Below, in pieces: positions 1 to 13,209 of a stretch of 64,000 bases of DNA. Position 1 is the stretch's first letter. Each line of letters begins with the position of its first letter. The translations under genes were made by a program, and so were the position numbers. The stretch is from Macrostomum lignano (taxonomy: Eukaryota). The DNA lies in contig NIVC01000031.1 of the NCBI GenBank assembly GCA_002269645.1, forward strand, positions 372,001-436,000. Direction: 5' to 3'. The notes beneath the pieces are model-generated. The model saw only the letters and a list, made by a program, of their open reading frames with translations, did not search any database and was not told where the DNA came from.

Positions 1-1480
1 CGGCAGACTTTTTCTGTCCTGTCTGCGTCATTTTAGGAACTAGGGTTTCACGGAAATATCGTTTAAAACATTTTAATAATAATTTACGGGTGAAATAGGC
101 CAATTTTTGGCAACTTTGCCAAGTCTAAGCCGCCGTAAAAATTGCAAAGGGGAAATCACCCCCCTCCGAATTTCTTCTGTGCCGGAACGGCACAGGACGT
201 TCAAGAAAAAGGGCCTTTTTTGCTTTTTTTTCAGAAAACCTAATGCTCGTTTCCTATAAATCATCAAAATGGGGGGTGTATCCCCGTATTTCCCTATTTA
301 CGCCACGCTGGCATCAGATCGATCGGAAAGAATAAGTTAAATTTTTTGTCAATAAAACCGCATATAGGTTGATATAACAAACTTTATTTTACGATTTTAC
401 AGATTCCTGACAAATTATTCTCATGTACGTAAAAAAAGTTTGAGTAAAGGACTTAAAAGAAAATTTTGTATTTAAAGTTTTTTATTTAATAATTAAAAAT
501 GCTTCATTGGATTTGCCACGGTCCCACCGTGGTTAACACGTGGCAATTCCATGGATGTGCCAGGCCTTCTTCAGCAACGTATTCCTGCTATTTTCCCTGC
601 ATAGTTCTGCGTTTTGGGGCATTATATTTACATGTAGAAAAGGTAGTACCTTCTACTATATTTCCGTATTGCCTTGAAAGTTCATAGTCGCTTGAATTAA
701 TCTCCATGGCATTACCATTGCAGTAGTTGTCGTCTATTTTTGGATTAGAAGTTTTTTGTACTTTTTTAGTTTTCTGTTAATATACCTACACCATAGCACA
801 GATATATTGTACTTGTACTTGTGCTTCTATGACATTGAAAAAACTAATGTATTTGATGTTCTGTATTATATAGAATTAGCATTTGTATTTTTAAAATATA
901 CATGATAAATCTACATGTACAACAGTACATTCCATATCTTAGAATCTTGTCACTGGGTTTACCATTTTTCATGAGGCTCAATATAGTGTATTATTGACAT
1001 AGTAAATTTAAAAAATATGCATAATGGTAATTAAAAAAAAGAATTATCTTTGTAGTTGCCATAAAATTTGATAACTAAAGCTAGGGATAGCCATCAGTTT
1101 TACTTTTAATCTATTTTTGAATTTCAATTTTCAAACTTTAATGTACTCTATACTTTATACTACAATTCTATTATAGCAAATTTATATAATTTTTGTTATT
1201 TATTCATAGGAGTAAAAGAAACCTAGCTAATTGAATAGTTTTTCATGTTTGATTTGCATTTAGAATTAACTTTACTAAGAAATAAAAAGCACTAGAAGTT
1301 CATATAGATATTTTTTTAAAATCACTACAATTTCTATAATGCTGTTTTTATTTCATTTTTAAATTCATGATCAATAGACATGCTATATTGAAAGGTGCTT
1401 GCAATTACCACAAAGGCCAATGCAGTGGAAAACTAATCTGCGAATAAATTATTATGGATTTCTAAAGCCATCAATGCTAT

Positions 1481-2281
1481 TTGATTGTTCACTGTCAACT
1501 GCAATTGAGGCGAATGGCAGCTGCCTCATCAGCAGACAGTGAATGCACAGGAAACTCCAACATCGCAGCCAACTATTTGCTTGAAATGTTAAAACAATTT
1601 CGCCTAGCAAATCCCAGGTCAACAAGTGAAGAATTTATTTTGCATATTCGTGACCAGCTAGGCAGAGTGAATTTTGGTAACTGCTACACAGCTGAAGGTT
1701 GGAGGCAGTTGATGCGGCTGGAATCAACTGTTCTATTAGATTTCTTCGCTTCTGTGCACCCTGATTTCAGAGATTATCAACTCGATATGCTGCTAGAACA
1801 GTGGCATCGGCTGACTGTAGAGGCTGGCTCAGACTGGAATCCGAGTATTTTGTCTCAGTTTGTTGATAATTTGAACTCGTATTTTGTTCGACACGACAAT
1901 TATAAATGTCGACAGGAAATCACTGAGCAGGATGTGCTGTTTCTTTACAGACGATTCGGTATTGTACCCAGTAGACAGAGATTTCGTGCAGCCATCAAAT
2001 TAATGATCACTTGCATCGAATGGGTTAGTGTAACTTTTGACATGTTGTTTTCAAGATTTTCGTCATTAGGCCCCATGCTTCACGCCAATTTATGCCGGCT
2101 GTGTTTCCATAATTCGTCCGGTTTGCTATTGGAACTAACAACCGTTTGTCCACTAACCCAGCAGACAGTTCAACATGATATGGTATTGTGCGCCGAGTGT
2201 TCCAGCTTTGTCAGGCACAGGCTGTTGTGTTGTCCATGTTGCTTTCGAAGAATATCCAAGGCCAAGCAAAGAAACTTGTAG
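1481..2281 (+). CDS. Intronless orphan ORF (266 aa in the track; likely ATG at 1514) with a C-terminal Cys cluster (CxxC...CPLT...CAEC...CCPCC), putative Zn-binding
   Basis: 800-nt open frame in AT-rich flanks, non-repetitive protein-like composition, clustered Cys/His at the C-terminus; no family recognised. Confidence 0.5.
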   Translation: MIVHCQLQLRRMAAASSADSECTGNSNIAANYLLEMLKQFRLANPRSTSEEFILHIRDQLGRVNFGNCYTAEGWRQLMRLESTVLLDFFASVHPDFRDYQLDMLLEQWHRLTVEAGSDWNPSILSQFVDNLNSYFVRHDNYKCRQEITEQDVLFLYRRFGIVPSRQRFRAAIKLMITCIEWVSVTFDMLFSRFSSLGPMLHANLCRLCFHNSSGLLLELTTVCPLTQQTVQHDMVLCAECSSFVRHRLLCCPCCFRRISKAKQRNL

Positions 2282-2341
2282 CTAATCTGATCTTAGCCAT
2301 TTTATTTATCATAGCCTTTTTTAAGTAAAGCTTTCCTCTTC

Positions 2342-2726
2342 AAAACGGTACCATAATAAGAATCGCTTAACTCTATAAAGTGATTCTGGGCGACTCTTGT
2401 GACTTTTTAACGACTCAAAAGCGACTGTAATGCGACGGGGAGGTGACTGTTGAGTCACGAGCGCATCATGTGAGTAGGAGAATCGTGAGTCGTGTTAGCG
2501 CTAAAATTTCTACTAACTCGAGTAGACTAGACAGAGTTTAATAGTCTACACTTACATGCATGTAGAAGTCATTATAGAAGCGCCCCAGAGTCACTTGCGT
2601 CGCCTCAAATTGCCTCTTAGACGATTCTTCGACGACTTTTTGGCGAACTTTACCGTGACATCATGTTGTTTTTGAGAGACGCTTCTTGACTTCGGGACGT
2701 TTCTTGTCTTACTAGGTTACCGTTTT
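2342..2726. mobile_element. MITE-like element with imperfect ~20-bp terminal inverted repeats
   Basis: Left end aaaacggtaccataataaga (2342-2361) vs reverse complement of the right end aaaacggtaacctagtaaga (2707-2726); internal segment 2386-2459 has a diverged copy at 58998-59069. Confidence 0.5.
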
Positions 2727-4254
2727 CATCGGGTCTGATTGTAAGACTTGATTTCGCGATCTTATGCTGCATATATAGATTTGACTGTTAGCCCTTTTAT
2801 GTAAAAATCTAGTAATAATAAAATTCAATAAACATATTTAACTGAACGATTAATTAAGTTCACAGGAAATTCTTCGTTATTACTTCGTATTACTTTATTT
2901 AATTTCATTGGTGCAGCGATGTTCGTATTTAGTTTTAATCTCGGATTGCTGCCCAAATCGGCAATGCGCATGTCAAATAGGTCAATAAAAAGGTATCAAA
3001 AGATGCTTTAGTTATCTACTCTACTCTTTGCAAATCTCCCAATAATTCCGAAAAAAATCAGGAAATCAGAAGAACAAAATTAAAATTTCCGATTCCAGTT
3101 CATCTGAGACAATTTCTATCTACATCCATGTGTTTTTGTTGTCGAAAATGCAACAAAAATCGCATAACGCTTTTGTACAGTTTTCTCTTGTAAAAGATTT
3201 AGATTCCTGTTTTAATCTGGTTGGCAGCTTCAGTTTATTATAGCTGTAGCTATCCAAATTTTATTGGCAATTTAATGGATAAGTGAGTGGCTTGTACATG
3301 CTCTGATCAGTAGCTAGTAGCTACTTAAAGTAGTACGGCAATGTAAAAATATCTGTGGTTGGTCAATACAAAAGATTAATGTACGTTGGCATCGAAGCCT
3401 TCCTTTAAGTTATGGCTTTACCCTAACTCTTTCGCTCCCTTGATGCTTGACAAATTTGTTCCAACCAATTTCTTACCAACAAAAACTCCCAGTTGACCCT
3501 TGGCATCTGAGCAACATGCATCCTCATGAGCCATACAATATTTTAGCAATTCTCCCATGAGCCTTGAAATCTCAACTTAAATCTCTCCCTATGAGTCACA
3601 AAATTAAGAAATTTGAAGAAAACAATTGGGATTTTAGAGCCATCTAATACAGAAAGTCGCGATCTGAGAAGTGAGATAACAAATAAACAGACGGAACTAT
3701 ACAGCTGAACTGAAGAAATGACTAATAAATGTGACCGCAACACCAGTTAGCGAGTACATGTAGTACACGTATGTTATGCCAATATTTTTTATCTTAGCTA
3801 ATTATTCAAACGCTTAAATTTTTCCCTGCTTTTTCGTATCATTGTGATTTATGATTTGCTAGCTAGTTTGTATAGAATAATTTAATATCGTTTGCAGTAA
3901 TAAATAATAGAAGTTGACAGCTTTTAACAACCTCGAACAGCTAGTAGGTTGGTAAATTGGTGTACCGTTTAATCATTTATTGTAGTGTGGATTTTAGTCC
4001 TCTTGATTCTACACTACACAATATGCGGCAAGTTGAGGAAATTGTTGGAGGGGGGGTGTTGGCGCAACGCAATTCTCTCTGGGTGATGAGATTCGTTCAG
4101 CAGGGTGCCACGTAGAATGCTGATCAGAATTATGGCAGGTACAGCATGCGGTCCTCCTGATAAATGCATGCACAAAGATGCCCCAGCAGTTCAACAACCG
4201 TCATGCAATTCCCGTCACAAGTCAAGTCACAAGTAAACGGGTCACAACAAGGTG

Positions 4255-4350
4255 GGGTGGGGGGGACAAAACATTGGTATGTCCCCCCATAGCTTTTACT
4301 GGGGGGGGGACGTGGTTCCCCCCTTTGTCCCCCCGGTGTCGACGCCCCTG
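4255..4350. mobile_element. Probable end of a non-autonomous DNA transposon (G/C-run palindromic subterminal region; reads CAGGGGCGTC on the minus strand)
   Basis: Paired ggggggaca/tgtcccccc runs terminating in gacgcccctg; the partner end was not located. Confidence 0.3.
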
Positions 4351-6271
4351 TTTAAATTCGCAATATTGATAAGCTTACATGTATATATGGGTTGCCTGTA
4401 CAAGTGGAACAAAGCTAACTAAATGCGTTTTTTATAGGTTGTACACATGGACAACTAGAAATTAGTCCCTATAGTCCCTAGAAAGTTTCTAGTTGTCCCT
4501 GGAATTGTACACTGTAGGTTGTCCTAAACAAGTTTTTCGACGCTCGTATAGCCAATTCATGAAAATGCACATACACATGTACATGTACATCTCAACGTCG
4601 CTGAATGTCGTTGTGTAGCATATAATGGGTATATATTTCATTACACTGAATTTGTAACGACGTACGTCAATAGGCGACTTGGAAAGTCAGTGCAATGTAA
4701 AAGTACATTTCGACTTCGATCGACGTCCAGTATGCTGTACTGGCGGCATTCGTTTTCCCATAAAAAATATGTCCCCTGTGTCGATGATAAACTTCTTTAA
4801 TTACATTATTATAAGCTAACGCGAATGCTGACGTATAGAAACTGAAATTATTTTAAATTATTTTTAGCAAACTAATTAGTTGCTTTATTCGCCATTCCTG
4901 TCATGTCAGTCTAAAATAAGCTTTCAGACCTGGCACAAGGACCACTAGGAACACTTCGTCCTTGACCTGGCAGTTAGCAGCTGTTCTTTAATTTTTTTAA
5001 TGTGAGAAACTTGGAAATGAAATTGGAACAGAGAGAGCAGAGTTGAGCTTTAACGCGCAGATTACATGTTCATGTACATGCAACGTCGCCACGAGAAAAA
5101 CCCGGTTTCGAAAAGAAGTTAGGAATTACTGCATGTATATAGTAATAATCCTGTCCACATGTATTAGGATCGATTTCAACCTGATGATGGGTTTCGACCT
5201 TTCAGCCCCCTTGTGAGGAAGCCTTCGGGCCTCTGCAGGTCTCAGAAATAAATCAGTTAGAGTCCTGGCCCCCACTCCTGTCAGATGGTCAGCCCCATGG
5301 TAGCTTGATCGTGTGGCGAGCAGTCTAGGTCCTATAGCTAAGAGAGGGACAGCGAGAGACAAGCAGGGATAATTTGAAGGTAGAGATCAGCTAATCCGCA
5401 GATTAACTAACCCGCTGCCACCAGCCCGTGCGCCCTGGCTCACCAAACCGGGACTTTCGAAATCGGGCTTCCGACTAGAAGGGGCTTTGCACTTACCTGC
5501 CAACTAGTGTCTTTTTGCTGTCTATCTCGAAGTCATAGCCGATGATAAGGGACACTGCTGGGACTTGATCGCATTGGCCATGCATGCAGGTACAGAGGGG
5601 ACTTGTGCGGGGGATTCTTGCAGTGGCGAGACTATGGGGTAGCTACATGTACTATATTACATTGCTAAAAACGAGAAATGCACTTTTGGCCTTCAACGCG
5701 CCAACCAGCCTCTCGAAGCGCTGATGATAGGCTTACTCGAACATCAGAGACCGCATGATTCATTACCCGAGCCGCTTGGCGGACCTAGAGTGCACAAAGT
5801 ACATCTCTAGCGCCGATTTTAATTGCACTATTGGCAATTTCGCTAACTGATTGGATAGGTTGATCGACTGAGAACTGCCTTGCCATTGGTCCACTGTCAC
5901 GGGCGACTACTAGCTTAGCTCCTCATCTGAGCCATCGGCGAACAAAGAAATAAAACCGATAAAAATAACTGTCAGATTTAACCTTCTCCTTAAATCACTT
6001 CACACTTCAGATTGAATTGGAGTTTCAGACTACTAGCAGTATTATTAAGTGATTTCTGCCTCCATAACAGCACTGCTGAACAAAATAAGCAAAAGTGTGC
6101 GTCTAATCCAGCTACTGAAACAGGGGACAGATAAGGAATCACCCAATCAATCACCCAATCAAGCAAGTCTAGGTAGCCTCTCACCCAACCAATCAGAAAC
6201 TCAACAGCCGGAGACCAGGTAATCCACAGTGTGACCGAATCGGCTTAGTGCTTCGCAGCTGCACTGTATAG

Positions 6272-7130
6272 GCCCGGGATGATGCTGATGTCACAATCTT
6301 CGCAGATAGCTAGCTGGTGATTATCTTAACCTTGATGTTTGCTGCTGACGACCGGGGCGATTCGTCCTTGATGATGATGGGGGAAGTCGATAAGGGACAT
6401 CGATAAGGGTCGATAAGGGTTCGATAAGGATCGATAAGGATATCGATAAGGGTCGATAAGAAACGCATGCCCGGGATGATGCTGATGTCACAATCTTCGC
6501 AGATAGCTAGCTGGTGATTATCTTCACCAGCTAGTCGATAAGGGACATCGATAAGGGTCGATAAGGGTTCGATAAGGGTCGATAAGGATATCGATAAGGG
6601 TCGATAAGAAACGCATGCCCGGGATGATGCTGATGTCACAATCTTCGCAGATAGCTAGCTGGTGATTATCTTAACCTTGATGTTTGCTGCTGACGACCGG
6701 GGCGATTCGCCCTTGATGATGATGGGGGAAGTCGATAAGGGACATCGATAAGGGTCGATAAGGGTTCGATAAGGGTCGATAAGGATATCGATAAGGGTCG
6801 ATAAGAAATGCATGCCCGGGATGATGCTGATGTCACAATCTTCACAGATAGCTAGCTGGTGATTATCTTCACCAGCTAGTCGATAAGGGACATCGATAAG
6901 GGTCGATAAGGGTTCGATAAGGGTCGATAAGGATATCGATAAGGGTCGATAAGAAATGTCACAATGTCACAATGATTATGTCACAATGTCACAATGTCAC
7001 AATGATTATCTTCACCAGCTAGTCGATAAGGGACATCGATAAGGGTCGATAAGGGTTCGATAAGGGTCGATAAGGATATCGATAAGGGTCGATAAGAAAC
7101 GCATGCCCGGGATGATGCTGATGTCAAGAG
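6272..7130. repeat. Compound higher-order tandem repeat (modules P+Q+R and P+R alternating; R is ~6 imperfect gtcgataagg units)
   Basis: gcccgggatgatgctgatgtcacaatc recurs near 6272, 6468, 6617, 6814 and 7104; gtcgataagg clusters follow each of the first four copies, with a fifth cluster near 7020-7100. Confidence 0.9.
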
Positions 7131-7284
7131 ACGACCGGGGATCCGGGGATCAAGAGACGACGGTCGAGCTCCGGGAACCAGAAGTTGCGTACTGGGCCCG
7201 AGCAAGTTGAGGTCCGAGCGGGCTAAAAACGCCTGTTTAAATAGCCGCCAACTGGACCGCAATTTGTTAAAATGCACCTCGACG

Positions 7285-7365
7285 CTGATTGGCTGAGCCG
7301 ATTGGTTATAACTGACGTCGAATTTTCTAATTGGCTGAGCTTGTTGCTACCCAAACTCACGTGAC
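7285..7365. promoter_or_regulatory. Promoter-like motif cluster: three inverted CCAAT boxes, a CRE-like TGACGTC and an E-box CACGTG
   Basis: attgg at 7288, 7301 and 7330; tgacgtc at 7313; cacgtg at 7358. Confidence 0.4.
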
Positions 7366-8264
7366 CAGAAGATCCTATCAGTTCCCTCGGGGCCATAAAA
7401 ATACGCCAGGTGCAGTCATAAATCACTCAAAATCGCTACATAATGATTTATGACTTTTCGCGTAGAAATGACAAAAATTAATGAAAAAATATGCATTAGA
7501 AAGCTCTTATTAAGTAGAAAGTGAAGATAATGAAGAGAAATCGCTAATCGCTAATCCTAAAAGTACTTTTAGGGGTAAAACGCATAGCTGTCAAAGCTGT
7601 CACACGCTTGAGTGAACACGAACAATAGGCTCTGACCTCATAAATCTTGATGGCCTGTCAAAATGATAAGAAAAAAGCCACCGCCCGCATCCTCACAGAC
7701 CATCTGGCGCCAGCCTCCGCATTGAGTGAGGCGCAGGTGGCTGTCAGACCAGCTCAGACGCAATGATTTATGACCCAAAAGCAGCAAAAAAACCGCGCCT
7801 ATGTTATTATAACTACAAGTATGGCAGATTAATATAGCTACAGAAGTCCTACTAGTACGAATTCTAGAAAAATTACAAAAGAGGGAGGAAAACGCCCATA
7901 GCCTGCTGTTAGTAGACTAGCAAGTTTGGAACCCAGGTGCGAGCGTGAAATTTGGAAAAAAGTGCGTCCTCATCACTGAAATGTAATATGCATGTCGGAC
8001 ATTGATATAGTGCAGCAGAAACATTGCTATGCACTTTTGGTGACAATAACACGCAACGGCAATTTAAACAATAACAAAGGGTAAGTTTTATTTTTTTATG
8101 TGCCCCCAGGATTAAATTGAGTGGAACGAAACAGCATATTTGGCCAGAGACATATCTCTAGTGACGGCGGAATGAATTGGAATTCTCTATTGCGGATTAA
8201 ATTAAGTGATTCTAGGACCAAATTGACCGGGAAATGCTATACCAGGCCTACACAGAAACGTCAC

Positions 8265-8975
8265 TCAAAAAGAATATCGATCAGATTGCGACTGCCGCCA
8301 ATGGTTACTTTCATCTTTGACGGAGCAGCCTGCACACGTAGTGCGCCGTCGGTATGGACAGGCTCTTGATAAACATCCGCACGTTCCTCCATCGTAGCCT
8401 CGCTTATTGTGATTGGATTTTGGACGAGCTAGCTTAACGATCTTATTGACATTTGTTTCGGAAACTGTATGATTCAGCGCCTGATCCACAGCCAGAGATG
8501 CCCTATACAAACTGCGATCACGTCGCCTCGATAAGTAGCGCTTAAAAGTTCGCTCACACTTTCGCCCAGTGATCCAGGCATCCAGGTGGCACGCTCTATA
8601 GTTACTCTGCAGTTTAAGAAAAGTTGGCAACTGATTTGTCTAGATGCAAATGTGTTCACAGAGAAACATTATGAATATGGTGGGTAAAAGTACAGGTCAA
8701 ACTTACCATATGCAGCGGTCGGTGTACACCTTAGTAAGGCCTGCTTTCTCACTGACGTTCTTAATAAACTCATGAAGATAGCGAAAGCGTCTAGCAGTTT
8801 TTCTCGGAGAATCTATAGCGGTTCGCTGCATCTTGACAGTCTAATATGACTTGGGCATGAATGACGTGCAAATCAAGTCAAACTCGCCGGATGTTACTCC
8901 TGATATCTCACCATTTCGGTAGTTAAATAGAGGAGGCAGAACTTCTGCCACTGTAGTTGGCTCTGCGTCAGCCAT
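8265..8975 (-). pseudogene. Decayed Crypton/DUF3504-type tyrosine recombinase fragment with one intron
   Basis: Minus strand translates NVSEKAGLTKVYTDRCI (cf. ISxxAGLSxxYTNHCxRAT), then a GT-AG intron 8706-8607, then ITGRKCERTFKRY (cf. ITGHKxExSLxxY); in-frame stop at 8841-8843 and a frameshift. Confidence 0.55.
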
Positions 8976-9654
8976 GGCGATTTCGTTTGAGTAAATGAAA
9001 GCAAGCAATCAAATCTGCTGTCTTTCTACTCAGCTCTCTTAAACCTTCTGTCTCCCTCTTTATGGGGTCAAAAAACTAAAGTGCATATTAATGTCGATGT
9101 GGGCCATAGACTAAAATTTATTTAAATATCACTGTAGAAAGTGGGGGCATGCATCGCCCCCACACCCCCATTCTCACTCTCCCCCCTCCTCGACTCCTTC
9201 CGGCGCCAACTAATGCCATAGACGAAAGCGCATAGCAATGTTATATATATAGCATTTTCTAAGCCAATTGAGCCATAGAATTCGAGCTATCAATCCTTTA
9301 AATCTGAGACTCAATATCAACGTAATTCTTTGGACGTAAGTCGTTCAGTTGATTTTACTTGTAAAGTATACTGTCCGTCAAAAGTTCCGGAACCCTTGCT
9401 ACGATGTCTTCTAGCGGACATAATTTCAGTCCGTTTCAATTGTAACTTGATTCAAATGAAAGCTGCGGATCTCAGCTCCATGATGTGGTCAAGAAAAAGT
9501 TTATTCGAAGGAGCGCGTGTGAACAGGCCAGTGTTATGTACATAAAGGTTAGAGAAAAAAGTGAGGAAAAGACAAACAAGCTATTGTCTATGGTTGCTTA
9601 ATAGGAAATTACGCATAATAGGGACCGCTGACGTCGGCTAGCATTTCACCTATG

Positions 9655-10240
9655 CATTCTCCTCTCTTCTTACTCAACACCTTTCTCTCCTCTCTCCTCT
9701 CTCTACTCCTCTCTATCCTCTCTTCTCTCTCCTCTCTCGTCTCTCCTCTCTCGTCTCTCCTCTCTCATCTCTCATTTCGTCTCTCTCCTCTCTCCTTTCC
9801 TCTCTCTCCTCTCTCTCTCTCTTCTCTCGTCTCTCCTCTATCCTCTCTTCTCTCTCCTCTCTCGTCTCTCGTCTCTCATCTCTTATCTTCTCTCTCCCCT
9901 CTCTCCTCTCTCATCTCCTCTCTCTCTCTTCTCTCGTCTCTCCTCTCTCATCTCCTCTCTCTCTCTCCTCTCTCGTCTCTTCTCTCTCATCTCCTCCCTC
10001 TCCTCTCTCGTCTCTTCTCTCTCATCTCCTCCCTCTCCTCTCTCGTCTCTTCTCTCTCATCTCCTCCCTCTCCTCTCTCCTCTCTCCTCTCTCCTTTCTC
10101 CTCTCCTCTCTCTCTTCTCTCCTCTCTCACCTCTCTCGTCTCTCCTCTCTCAACTCCTCCCTCCTCTCTCCTGTTTCCTCTCCTCTCTCACCTCTCTCCT
10201 CTCTCATCTCTCACTCCTATTTTCTCTCTATTCCTCCCTC
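9655..10240. repeat. (CT)-rich low-complexity polypyrimidine tract
   Basis: ctct/ctcct/ctcgt iterations over ~590 bp. Confidence 0.95.
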
Positions 10241-13209
10241 TGGCTCCGCAGTCCCATGCTAGAGTCTACCTTGTATCATGCAGTAGCATATGTAGGTCAG
10301 TATGCATATATAGGTACGTGTAATAGCGCTGTGCATGAATTCCCATCTGCTACCAGTAATTTCAGCTATATAATTGCACCTATTGCAACATCTTGTAATT
10401 GGGCAGGTAATAATTGTTCTAACGGTCTGGTGAAGAAAGACGTCCTGTCGCAATTTCAGAAGATTTATGGCTCGATCTAGCCGATTTTGGACCCTCGAAT
10501 TTTTCGTGGCGTACAGCATCTGAGCGACATCAAGATTCCCAGCTATCAGTTTCCTGTCTCATTTTCCTGTAAAGTGAAGCATCTGCACAGCAGGAATTCA
10601 GAATTTTATCTTGAGAATAAAGTACAAAAATCCACGGATTTCCGAAACTTTAAGTTTAAGCCTATACTATTAGCTTTGTGACTTTTAAAGTACTCAAATC
10701 ATTTTACTGGCTAAACAAGTCTGGTTTCACACTGTTCATGCGTGAACTGGTCAGACAGACAGAGGAAGGCAATGATCCAGTTCCTGCTGCTCCAGGGCAG
10801 CCATGCAGATGTCTCTCCATCGGATGTCGCCTCCGTGTTCCCAGTTTCTCGATCTATATAAGCATCTTACAGGTAGCTAGCTACAGATGTCAATTTTATT
10901 CGGTTGTATCTATTCACCTTATTCAGGTGACAAGTCATATTGTTGTAGCATTATTGTAGTAAAGTGAGCACGCATATTTTCAGGATAAACTCCAAGCGAC
11001 ACTTGTACAATAATTAGCTATTTAGACACGCGCAAGACAGTTTATTTTCAGTAAAACTGAGGAAACAATAATGTTTTTGTTTAAGTGCGCAGCGTAGAAC
11101 ATATTTAAATATACATCAAACACGCAATTCGTTTAAGCTGCTGAGGGATTCATTTGGAACTGCATTTATTGGTAATTGCCAAGTTCAAATCACAAAAGCA
11201 ATCGAGACTATACATTTTAAAAAGAAAAATTTAATTGGGAACACGATTTTCAATTTAACGATAATTGAGTTGACATATTGTAATTAGCGCAGGGAAAAAG
11301 AGTCACTTGGGCTTTTATTTAACTCTAACAGTCATTCTCTAAGGTGAATTTTCTAAATTTAGAAAACAAGGAGGCGGAGCAAACAACAATTAAAATATGA
11401 TAAGATTATAACAAAATTTAAAATTCCTCTTCAGAAAATTTTAAAGTGCATGACAAAAATTAAATCCCAATGAATGTTGACCAAAACAACAAAAACAATA
11501 GCACTAGCTAGGGATTGATAATTCAATTATAGAATCGGAGTTCAGCTGGTCAACTGCTCAAAAAACGCTCGCCTTTAGGACATTTAATCATATAACACAG
11601 TATAGGTCGCGATTTGAAATCATACTATGAGCAATTAAAGTACGCAATTAATATTACTGCTATGCCGATTTCTAGAATAAAGGTCGAAATGACGGACAAA
11701 CTGTTAAGGTTTCAATCAGCGACAAGGTGCAGGTAAAAACACGGAACATTACAAAGGAAACTGACATTACAAAACGAAACTTATTGTATCTTATAGCATC
11801 TTTTTATTAGAGGTAGGGGCTGTGTGCACTCTGGTGCACTTTAAGCGACATTGTCACACAACCGGCGAGAGGCATTACTGCCCATTCCGCCGACTCCCCT
11901 GATCGAGCAGGCACACAAGCTTGCGGATGCCTACGCAGTCATACGCACAGGCAAACACTCACACAGGAGTGCATGTACAGTGGGCCTAACTTTATTCAGC
12001 GCTATAGGCATGTACACGTTACTGTGTGCTTTGAAGGTTGGCCTTCAAGGCCGTTTATTGCACGAGCAGAGCCAAGCTAAGCTGAGATTCCAATCTAGCC
12101 CAAAGTGACGAGACCCTTCTGAGTTCGTGACTGCACTTGGAATCGAGTCAGGGCCGCCGGGACACCAAAGCCCCCGCGAAAGACTACTGCATGGGCTACG
12201 GCTCCCCTATTACTAATTGTTGTTGAAACGTCTCACTAATTGGTCACATTCCTCGAGTTGTTTTGTAATAGTCGTGGATGATGTAACAGGTTAATACTTT
12301 ATAGCTAAATAAGTTCTCTACCTCATATTCAATGGACCGAAAAACTTCTCCTAAACTCCTGAGCATTTCGGGGAGTTTCATAGTGTAATATAAAATCCTA
12401 AAGTCAATGCCTGAGGACGCATTCGCATGAATTGTGTCTGGAAATTTCATCCGTTGAAAATTGAGTCTTAATTTTGCACTTTTGTACCGGGAAGTTTCCT
12501 CTCTGTCTCTCGATTGGGGTCAAGAGCGTCAGGTGTGCTGACAGTATTTTATTTGAGATCAATATTTTCGGAGGGCGCTTTTTCATTCGTATTAATATAA
12601 GTCTGGCTAGAAAATCTTCAATTCACAGAGGAACTATATTAACTATACACTGCAGGGCAAATCTGAGAATTTTTCTATTTGCAAAAAAAGCTCAGGTGCA
12701 GGCGAATCTCAAATATCATCAGCTATTATGAGGACAATTTTTCCCACATATGGAGGAGTTGTTTACTTAGCTTATAGGTGGGCATAGGTTGGAGTTTGGG
12801 GAGCTACAACTATATAATGTCTTAGCGTGATCTACTGTCCCAGTTAAAAGTGCTTAATTCGCAGCCCCTATACCTACATTTATTATTTCAGGAATGCCAA
12901 ATTTATTGCCAAAAGTGCACCTGAGTCGAGTTTTAATGCGCGTACATGTATACAATGTAAATTAAGTTTGAGTAATGCAACAAAACAACAAATTCCTCTA
13001 CAACTAAAGTACAGATTTCATTTAAGTGAAAAGTTTAGCGTAAGTACAACAATGTTTATGCAAGGTTTTTATTGCATTCAAGTACAGAGAAAATAACACA
13101 TCGAGCTATGGATCTACCCAGTCATTGTATGCTGAAGAGCTTCCTAACTTGCTGTAGAGAACTGATGTTGATCTACAATTTTTAGGGAAGAAGTATAATG
13201 TCATAGATA

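Noticed and set aside
5181-5260. Hammerhead ribozyme (CTGATGA at 5181, GAAA at 5245)
   Set aside because: Stem II can be drawn, but I could not form stems I and III with a UH cleavage site
3465-5640. Isolated minus-strand exon candidates (near 3470-3580 and 5490-5640) ending in gtaag donors
   Set aside because: Could not be joined into a phase-consistent, recognisable protein
9652-10323. 223-aa Leu/Ser-rich ORF
   Set aside because: Translation of a CT-rich low-complexity tract
11811-12875. ~1-kb MITE bounded by aggtaggggctg / cagcccctatacct
   Set aside because: Only ~12 bp of imperfect inverted repeat, no target-site duplication and no second copy in the window
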